The notes under the pieces: model-generated
Databases searched by the model: none
Told to the model about the DNA's origin: nothing
The model's input: only the letters and a program-made list of their open reading frames with translations
Part shown: positions 57,157 through 64,000 of the stretch, one piece after another
Layout of the letters: each line of letters starts with the position of its first letter
Numbering within the stretch: the first letter of the stretch is position 1
Made by a program: the position numbers and the translations under genes
Assembly (NCBI GenBank): GCA_035532075.1
Contig: DATKRV010000098.1
Coordinates: 42,948 to 106,947, forward strand
Source of the DNA: Acidimicrobiales bacterium
GTDB taxonomy: Bacteria > Actinomycetota > Acidimicrobiia > Acidimicrobiales > Bog-793
Direction of reading: 5' to 3'
DNA: 64,000 nucleotides

Positions 57157-59310
57157 TCAGAGTCGGACGATTGGGGTGAAGGTCAGGTGGAGAAGATTCA
57201 GCACCTCGTAGGTTGCGTACCACATCGCGGCAGATCCGACCACGGAGTAGATAATCCGCCCACGCAAGGTGGCCAGGGAGCGCCTCGTGGCGAACATCCC
57301 GTAGAGGATGACAAATACAGGCTCAGTGACCAGGTAACCAAAGAGGAACACCACCAGGGTGAGCAGACAAAAGACCGCCAGGGCAAAGAGCTCCCGGGAG
57401 TACTGACCGTTCACTCCCCAGGCCTTGTTGATGATCACCGGCAGCCGGCGCCTGCCACTCACTGGATCGACCTCCAGCGGGGTCACAGGACGCGCCGCCG
57501 CCTCTCTCCGGGCAGGCCGCATGCGCAAGAAATGCCGGAAAGCGACAAAGTCAACCGGAAGACGCCACGCCGCGCCGAGAAGTGTGAGCCCCCCTCCGAG
57601 AACCGGAAACAGCGCGGACTTCCAGCTGTACGCGCTGATCGCGTACAGCGAGAAACCCAGTGAGGAGCAGAACAAGAGGAGCGAGACGATGAACGCGAGC
57701 TGGGGATAGGGATTTCGTTGCATGAATCGTTCCGAGACGATCTCAGCCCGCCTGACGGGATCCTCTTCGAGAATCGGTGGGTTGTTCTTCTTTGCGTCAC
57801 TGCGTAACTGCACTGTCTTGAGGACCAAGATTCCAATCGCGACAAAGATCAGAACGTCCGCCAGCGGGCGGGCGCCAAAGAGCGAGAAGCCGGGAAAAAC
57901 CTGCCGCGTCAGCCAGATATTGTCCTCAAGTGTTGGACCGAGGACCAACCCGATCGCAAACGCCGCGAGTGAGTACCGAAGGCGACGCATGATAAAGCCG
58001 ACGATGCAAAAGACGAGTGCCTCCATCGTCGAAAAAAAGGAGACATCGGCGACGAATGGCCCAAGCAGCGTGAGGCACATGATGAACGGCACCAGCAGTG
58101 GACCGGGAACGCGCGTCACACGCGCGAGGATTGGGGAGAAGAGCAGTCCGATTGCGGTGCCAATGATTCCCGAGAGCGCAATGACCCAGATCATCTCGTA
58201 GGGCAGCACGGGATAGTTCTTCGTAAAGTTTCCACCGAACTGGATGCCCTTGATCGTCAGCGCAGCCACATACAACGCCCCAAAAATTCCACCCGGGATA
58301 CCAAGGGCAATGATCGGAATCATCCCACCGACCTCCTTGGAGATCGACGATGCCTCCGGCGCGATGATTCCCTCAGGAATCCCCGTACCGAACAGTTCAC
58401 GCCTCCGGCTCGACTGCTGGGCGATGCCGTAAGAGAGGAAGTTGGCGGCAAAACCGCCGATGCCCGGAATGATTCCACACACCACGCCAACGATCGCGCC
58501 GCGGATCAGCGCCACCCAATGAAGGAACGCCTCACCGATTCCCTGGATGACCTGCCTGCCAAATCCTCGTTCGAGACGTACTGCGGCGAGGCTCGAATCG
58601 ACCTCGTTCCCCATCATGTCCTGGCTCGCGATCGTCGTTGCCGTTCCAAAGACAAGCACCATCTGAGGAACGGCAAACAGCCCAAGTGCGAGCGACACAA
58701 TGGAGATACCACCGATGAGACTGATTGCTCCGCCGGTGAATCGATATTCACCCGTAACCGGATCGGCGCCGATGGAAGAGAGAACGATGCCGATGCCCGC
58801 GGAGATGATCGCCTTGCTCACCCTGTCCGTGCCAAGCGTACCGACCAACAGCAGGGCGATCATGATCACGGCGACGAACTCCGGCGGGTGAAAGATGCCA
58901 GGGAGTTGGTTGACAAGAGGAATCAGCGCGACCACCATGGCACAGCCGATAATTCCGCCAAGACAGGTGGAGGCCGCCGATATCCCGAGCGCTCTCCCGG
59001 CCTCTCCACGCTGTGCCATCGGAAAACCGTCAAAAGTGACTGCGAATGCCTCTGGGTGCGCGGGCGTGTTTAACAGGATCGAGGTCACCGACGCGCTGTA
59101 ATAGCTCGCGGCTCCAGTTGCAAGAAAAAGACAGATCGTGCCAATAAGGCTGATGTGATAGGTGAAGACGAGGACGATGCTGAGCACCACCGCACCGCCA
59201 AGGCCTGGAATGACACCAAAGACCATCCCGATGATGGATCCCCCGAAGAGGTACAAAAGTCCCTGTGTGGTCCCAAGCACCGTCAGTCCACTGAGAAGAT
59301 TATGCAACAA
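57157..59310 (-). CDS. tripartite tricarboxylate transporter permease, TctA with C-terminal TctB-like four-helix extension
   Basis: 717 aa. The first ~500 aa have TctA patterns (GVIPGLGGAVVLS, GIIPGIGGFAANFLSY). After a charged linker (RSDAKKNNPPILEEDPVRRAE), four further hydrophobic helices follow. Confidence 0.85.
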   Translation of the reverse strand: MLHNLLSGLTVLGTTQGLLYLFGGSIIGMVFGVIPGLGGAVVLSIVLVFTYHISLIGTICLFLATGAASYYSASVTSILLNTPAHPEAFAVTFDGFPMAQRGEAGRALGISAASTCLGGIIGCAMVVALIPLVNQLPGIFHPPEFVAVIMIALLLVGTLGTDRVSKAIISAGIGIVLSSIGADPVTGEYRFTGGAISLIGGISIVSLALGLFAVPQMVLVFGTATTIASQDMMGNEVDSSLAAVRLERGFGRQVIQGIGEAFLHWVALIRGAIVGVVCGIIPGIGGFAANFLSYGIAQQSSRRRELFGTGIPEGIIAPEASSISKEVGGMIPIIALGIPGGIFGALYVAALTIKGIQFGGNFTKNYPVLPYEMIWVIALSGIIGTAIGLLFSPILARVTRVPGPLLVPFIMCLTLLGPFVADVSFFSTMEALVFCIVGFIMRRLRYSLAAFAIGLVLGPTLEDNIWLTRQVFPGFSLFGARPLADVLIFVAIGILVLKTVQLRSDAKKNNPPILEEDPVRRAEIVSERFMQRNPYPQLAFIVSLLLFCSSLGFSLYAISAYSWKSALFPVLGGGLTLLGAAWRLPVDFVAFRHFLRMRPARREAAARPVTPLEVDPVSGRRRLPVIINKAWGVNGQYSRELFALAVFCLLTLVVFLFGYLVTEPVFVILYGMFATRRSLATLRGRIIYSVVGSAAMWYATYEVLNLLHLTFTPIVRL

Positions 59311-59491
59311 TTCGGTACTCCGTTTCCCCGGGCTCTGGAAGTTTTAGCATTTCGCCAAGGCCCGCGCGTCACATTTCAATCTCACCGAGACAACCCTAAA
59401 GAAGAACACGACAACGATGTATTCCGAGGTTTTAACGACGGGCAATGGAAATGCAATTTGGGCAACCCTCTCCGCGAAAGGGAGGCGCCTT

Positions 59492-59517
59492 TGATTCGAA
59501 CGGAGAGCTTCGAATCA
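59492..59517. promoter_or_regulatory. perfect 9-bp inverted repeat TGATTCGAA-N8-TTCGAATCA in the divergent spacer
   Basis: Read directly. It lies in the 425-nt AT-rich spacer between the tctA-like gene and the amidohydrolase gene. Confidence 0.45.
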
Positions 59518-59795
59518 TTGATTGGCATACTCCGCGGTACCCGGAACTCCACCACACGACGTTGAACCCAACGCTGCCGAGATTGATCATGCCGAGAGCA
59601 GATCATCATTTCATCTTGAAAAATATTGAAACATGAGTAGCATGCGACGCAGCCATCTGATGATATGAGCAAGGGGGAATTGCCACGCTAGATCAATCTG
59701 CCCATTCGAAATCCACGTCTCCGGCATCGGTCTCGATTCCGCTTTTCTCGGCGGATAGCCACGTCATAGAAGAGCCAAGTCTGTGGGACGGAATC

Positions 59796-60752
59796 TTGCC
59801 CGATGGCTATTTTGCGCCAAGCGGTTTTCATGATCGACCAGGTCGCGTCGACCCCGTCGCACGGATTAGCGAGATGGCGATCGATGGCGTTGACGGCGAG
59901 GTGCTCTATCCTTCACTCGCCCTTGAACTCTTTGCCCTCGATGACGCTTCCCTTCAAGAACGGACCTTTGCGCGTTACAACTCCTGGCTGATGGAGTTCT
60001 GCGAGGTCAAACCCGAAGCGCTCATCGGAATCGGCCTCGTCTCGATGTACAACATGGATATCGCGGTCAAAGAACTTGAACGTTGCGCCGAGGGAGGACT
60101 CCGCGGATGCCAGATATGGCAGTCGCCGCATGCGAGTCTCCCCCTCTCAGCCGCGCACTACGAACCGTTTTGGGAGGCTGCCGCCTCGTTGAACATGCCC
60201 GTCAGTCTGCACATCCTGACGGGATTCAATTACAGCAGCAGGCAGAGCCGGAGTGACTCAAAAAAAATCGAAGATCCGATTGAGCGTTCGATCGATGGCT
60301 ACAAAGGATCAGTAACGCGAAAATTGGACGCGGCCTGTGACGCGATCGTCGACATCATGTTCGGCGGAGCGCTCGATCGCCACCCAAACCTCAAGCTCGT
60401 CACGGTAGAGAATGAAATCGGCTGGATACCCTTCGTACTCAACCAGTTCGACTATTACTGCAACCGATTCCGCGAATCGCGTCAGACGGGAATGTCAAAG
60501 TTGCCTTCGGAGTACTTCGGCTCCCAGGTCTTCTCCACCTTCTTCCGCGATCCAGTCGGCATGAAGTTGCTCGGTTGGTGGAAGGGAGCCGGCGGGTGCA
60601 TGTGGTCAAACGACTATCCGCATCCCAACTCGACCTGGCCTCATTCCCAGGAGATCGTCGCGGAGAACCTCAGCTACCTCAACCCGGAGATCTATCGCAA
60701 AGTCGTCCGCGAGACCGCGATGAACCTGTATTCACTCCACGAGGCGCGCTAA
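59796..60752 (+). CDS. amidohydrolase_2 (ACMSD/decarboxylase-hydrolase type) family protein; 5' end probably upstream of the called start
   Basis: 318 aa from TTG 59796, with the C-terminal WSNDYPHPNSTWP motif. The frame is open from 59664 and encodes PLFSADSHVIEEPSLW, the family's N-terminal metal-binding motif, upstream of the first ATG/GTG/TTG. Confidence 0.8.
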   Translation: MPDGYFAPSGFHDRPGRVDPVARISEMAIDGVDGEVLYPSLALELFALDDASLQERTFARYNSWLMEFCEVKPEALIGIGLVSMYNMDIAVKELERCAEGGLRGCQIWQSPHASLPLSAAHYEPFWEAAASLNMPVSLHILTGFNYSSRQSRSDSKKIEDPIERSIDGYKGSVTRKLDAACDAIVDIMFGGALDRHPNLKLVTVENEIGWIPFVLNQFDYYCNRFRESRQTGMSKLPSEYFGSQVFSTFFRDPVGMKLLGWWKGAGGCMWSNDYPHPNSTWPHSQEIVAENLSYLNPEIYRKVVRETAMNLYSLHEAR

Positions 60753-60821
60753 GGCGCTCCTTGCACCTGCCTGGTTCGAAGTTCCTCCTCGAACGGATAC
60801 CTCCTCGAACAAAATGACGAC

Positions 60822-62930
60822 CTAAAGCGCGGTTGCATCGGCGCGGATCTCGATCAGGCCAAGCTCCACGACCGTCGCCGTCTGTTGCGGAAAAATGACG
60901 GTCGTCGAATCTCCCTGGAGGAGAATTGCCGGTCCCGCGATGACCGATCCCTCCGGCAACTTTGCCCTCTCATAGAGATCGGTCAAGGTGCCAGATGCAC
61001 CCATGTACGTCTCACAGGTGCCAATTTTCGCATCGATGAGTTGGGAGGGCATCTGGAACGGCGAGACGATCGGAGCCTGGGGAACAAGAGCCACCGCTGC
61101 GAGCCGGTAGTTGACGATCTCGACAGGTTCGTCGCGCGCCGCATGACCGGTCAACTGTTCGTGATATGCGTCAAATTTCTCCCGAACCGACAAAAGATCG
61201 GCAGCGCTTCGTACCGGCTCATCGATCCCGACGGTGAGCTCATAGGCCTGACCGATGTAGCGAAGATCGAGCGCGTACTCGAACTTCAGTTGCTCCGCTC
61301 CAAATCCCTGACCAAGGAGGTCACGTGCACCCTGGGAGCGAAGCCTTTCGAATGCCTCGCCCACGTGCGCCGCGCTGACCCGGTGGATACCGATGAGTTC
61401 AGAAAATACATAATCCTGTCGAACGTCTGAGAGAAGCAGCCCGAGGGCGGAAAACACCCCGGGAAGAGCCGGAATGATTGCACCTTTCATCCCAAGATCA
61501 GCCGCGATCGACGAGGCATGCAACGGTCCGGCACCTCCAAATGCAAGCAGGTAGAAATCGCGTAGGTCATAACCCCGATTACTCGAAACGGTCTTCACCG
61601 CCTCTTCCATCTTGACGTTGACAATCTCGATGATGCCCCTCGCTGCTTCGGTCACCGAGAGACCAAGTGGATCGGCGACATGGATCCGCACCGCCTCAAA
61701 CGCCAGATTGCGGTCGACCTGCATAGCCCCGCCGGCGAGCGGAGTCTCGACATTCAAAAGGCCGAGGACAACATTCGCGTCCGTGATCGTCGGCTGCTCT
61801 CCGCCCCTGCCGTAGCAGGCGGGGCCAGGGTCGGCACCGGCAGATTGTGGGCCGACCTGGAGCACGCCAGAGCTGTCGATCCATGCCAGCGTGCCGCCGC
61901 CCGCCGCGACGGTGTGAATATCGAGCATCGGAACGAGTACATCTCGTCCATATACCTTTCCTCCCATCCGGCGAACCGGGGTGCGGTTCTCGATCAACGC
62001 AACATCTGTCGACGTTCCACCCATGTCAAACGTGACGACGTTCTCGAACCTCTCGGAAGCCTCCAGGATCCGGGTTGCAGCAATGACCCCCGCAGCTGGG
62101 CCCGAAAGAATCGTCTGCACGCTCCGCTGTGCAGCAACGGCAAAACTCGAGACTCCGCCATTTGAACGCATGATGTATCGCTGATCGCCAAGGAACCCCA
62201 ACCCGACAAGTCGCTCATCGAGCAAGACGAGATAACGCTCCATGAGCGGATTGAGATACGCATTCACGACCGTCGTGGAGAGCCGGTAATACTCACGAAT
62301 CTGCGGAATGATCTCGCACGAGAGCGACACGTTGATCCCGGGAGCGAATTCCTCGAACCAGCGACCGAGCTGTCGCTCATGATCTGGATTCATGAACGAA
62401 AAGAGAAGACAGACCGCGACCGACTCGACGCCATGCGCGACCATGCGCCGTATCGCACGAAGGGCTTGCTCCCGGTCGAGTCCGATATGTACCGATCCAT
62501 CAAAGAGAACCCGCTCATGGATCTCCTCGGTCAGTTTCGGAGGAACGAGCGCCTTCGGTTTTTGATAGAAAAGGTCATAGGTCGAAGCACCGTACGGGCG
62601 GCTCTGCTCCCCTATCTCGTAGATGCCGCGGAAACCCTCTGTCACGAAAAGCCCCGTCCGCGCGCCCTTCTCCTCCAAGATCGCGTTCGTGCCGACGGTA
62701 GTTCCGTGGCAAAAGAACTTGACCTCGGAGCCGTTTGCGCCGACTAGGTCGAGGTGCTTGTTCAGACCGCTGATGATCCCATCTGCCTCATGGCCGCGTG
62801 TGGAGGGCACCTTGAAAACCTCGAACGCGCCAGTATCTTCGTTGAGGACCACGAAATCCGTAAAGGTCCCTCCCGTATCCACCGCAACGCGCAAGGTCGT
62901 CATTTCCGTCTCACCGTCGGTAGATTCCAA
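60822..62930 (-). CDS. hydantoinase A / oxoprolinase family protein (HyuA-type)
   Basis: 702 aa. LRVAVDTGGTFTDFVV N-terminus and a second ATPase motif, FDMGGTSTDV. Confidence 0.9.
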   Translation of the reverse strand: MESTDGETEMTTLRVAVDTGGTFTDFVVLNEDTGAFEVFKVPSTRGHEADGIISGLNKHLDLVGANGSEVKFFCHGTTVGTNAILEEKGARTGLFVTEGFRGIYEIGEQSRPYGASTYDLFYQKPKALVPPKLTEEIHERVLFDGSVHIGLDREQALRAIRRMVAHGVESVAVCLLFSFMNPDHERQLGRWFEEFAPGINVSLSCEIIPQIREYYRLSTTVVNAYLNPLMERYLVLLDERLVGLGFLGDQRYIMRSNGGVSSFAVAAQRSVQTILSGPAAGVIAATRILEASERFENVVTFDMGGTSTDVALIENRTPVRRMGGKVYGRDVLVPMLDIHTVAAGGGTLAWIDSSGVLQVGPQSAGADPGPACYGRGGEQPTITDANVVLGLLNVETPLAGGAMQVDRNLAFEAVRIHVADPLGLSVTEAARGIIEIVNVKMEEAVKTVSSNRGYDLRDFYLLAFGGAGPLHASSIAADLGMKGAIIPALPGVFSALGLLLSDVRQDYVFSELIGIHRVSAAHVGEAFERLRSQGARDLLGQGFGAEQLKFEYALDLRYIGQAYELTVGIDEPVRSAADLLSVREKFDAYHEQLTGHAARDEPVEIVNYRLAAVALVPQAPIVSPFQMPSQLIDAKIGTCETYMGASGTLTDLYERAKLPEGSVIAGPAILLQGDSTTVIFPQQTATVVELGLIEIRADATAL

Positions 62931-63078
62931 TCACTCGATCTGTCGGTTTCACACACAACATTGACAGACAACCAACGGGACCTCCCGAGCTCCTATCCTC
63001 CCGTTGGTCGCGCGACACCCAGACCGAGATGGCACCTCGTAGCTCATTGTGGATCCGCAGCTGTCTCGAGCGGATCAA

Positions 63079-64000
63079 CTACTGCGCGTTCCATTCTTGA
63101 ATAGCGTCATCGAGACGAACAGGATCCACACCATATTCCGCAACTGCAGAATCTCTGCTCACATAGCCATTAAAGACATCTTCAAGCACCTCACCAAAGG
63201 GCCGCGCGCGGGGATCTCCGTAGCCACCACCTCCGGCCTTTTCAAGTTGCACCCGATCGTCTGATTTCAGACGAACTCCGCTGAAGCGACTAGAACAGAT
63301 CCGCTCTTCGGGCATGCCCGGATTGACGATCGCGCTTCCACAGTGTCCGGAACGACCTCCCTCGAATCCGTAGGCAGGAACGTCGTGACGGCCCCCGCGC
63401 AGTGTCCACTGCGCATCATCAGTGAGAATGCGATAGACGCGCCTCGGTCCAAGGCCGCCGCGATAGCGACCTGCTCCCCCCGAGTCTCTGATGAGTTCGA
63501 AGCGCTCGACGCGCGTCGGAAACTCGTTCTCAATGACCTCGATCGGTGCAGTGCGGCCATTGGACAACAAGACATCGATACCGGACATTCCATCACCCAG
63601 TGGTCCTCCACCGTATGCCGAACCGATCAGTTCATATTGCACGAACGGCGACTGGTCGGGCCGGGTGCCCGCGATCATGCTCCCGCCCACCCCACCATTT
63701 CCGGCCTGCGCACGCGACGGCACGAATTGGCCAAGAGCCTGGAGCACGGCCTCGGTGATCGCAGTCGCCGAGGCCATATAGGTATTCCCGGCGGCGGGGT
63801 AATTGGCGTCAAGTACGGATCCTCTGCGGAACTTCGTCTCCACCACGCGCGCTACGCCGCCGTTGTTCGGAAGTGTTGGGTCGACAAACCCGACAAGCGC
63901 GTAGTACACACAGCTTCTCGCAAGTGCCGGGCGGATGTTGACCGGACCCACCACCTGATCATCTGATTCCGTAAAGTCAAAACTGATCCGATCGCCCCTC
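63079..64000 (-). CDS. hydantoinase B / oxoprolinase family protein (HyuB-type), 3' part; the gene runs off the window end
   Basis: The C-terminal 291 aa are in the track (RDSGGAGRYRGGLG, EKAGGGGYGDP motifs). I checked that the frame stays open from 63955 to 64000 (GDRISFDFTESDDQVVGPVN). Confidence 0.88.
   Translation of the reverse strand, partial: RGDRISFDFTESDDQVVGPVNIRPALARSCVYYALVGFVDPTLPNNGGVARVVETKFRRGSVLDANYPAAGNTYMASATAITEAVLQALGQFVPSRAQAGNGGVGGSMIAGTRPDQSPFVQYELIGSAYGGGPLGDGMSGIDVLLSNGRTAPIEVIENEFPTRVERFELIRDSGGAGRYRGGLGPRRVYRILTDDAQWTLRGGRHDVPAYGFEGGRSGHCGSAIVNPGMPEERICSSRFSGVRLKSDDRVQLEKAGGGGYGDPRARPFGEVLEDVFNGYVSRDSAVAEYGVDPVRLDDAIQEWNAQ

Noticed and set aside
56984-59710. Shorter heptamer ATTTCGA as the island operator
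   Set aside because: I also saw this heptamer or its complement inside unrelated genes (near 925, 12168 and 37221), so it is not obviously enriched. Only the longer TGCATTTC word and the explicit repeats are reported.

Overview
High-GC, almost fully coding chromosome segment of actinobacterial type, judged from gene content and local synteny with the mycobacterial pmmA / fbiA-fbiB / manB-wbbL1-rmlD region. All calls rest on motif recognition in the supplied translations plus my own reading of the DNA. No database search was run. Layout: (1) 1-5.4 kb, a minus-strand, translationally coupled array miaA-dapF-hflX-dapC-dapE, preceded by a 420-nt gap holding a candidate small ORF and a multi-helix structured element. 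(2) 5.2-10 kb: Trm112-like protein, phosphomannomutase, CPBP protease and ftsH. (3) 10-14.1 kb, the only clearly accessory or decaying stretch: a secreted protein with tandem WYFEYG repeats, a degenerate ISL3 transposase remnant, a 5'-truncated and frameshifted Ig-like surface protein, and a 3'-truncated DUF1810 gene. (4) 14.2-29.4 kb, one long minus-strand envelope-glycan array: rmlB, rmlD, wbbL-like GT2, Ser/Thr-rich membrane protein, NDP-sugar pyrophosphorylase, epimerase, cofD, cofE, two GT4, an SDR reductase, and a 998-aa GT2-polytopic membrane fusion with DUF5719. (5) 29.5-50.4 kb, housekeeping genes: birA, accA, M20 hydrolase, a rhodanese-ThiF protein, nitroreductase, S9 peptidase, prpDBC, metH, thioredoxin-TPR, folP, holA, IMPase and ppa. 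(6) 50.4-64 kb, a visibly lower-GC catabolic and transport island with long AT-rich spacers: ferredoxin, aldo-keto reductase, Rieske oxygenase, Gfo/Idh/MocA oxidoreductase, TctC plus a fused TctA-TctB permease, an ACMSD-type amidohydrolase and hydantoinase A/B. Its spacers carry recurring short motifs, a 21-bp tandem repeat and a perfect 9-bp inverted repeat, and no regulator gene is visible. I found no tRNA, rRNA or CRISPR array. The most interesting items are the island with its shared spacer motifs, the uncharacterised GT2-membrane/DUF5719 pair, the short CofE nested in the glycan array, and the structured element upstream of miaA. Nothing here can be called a new system from sequence alone.
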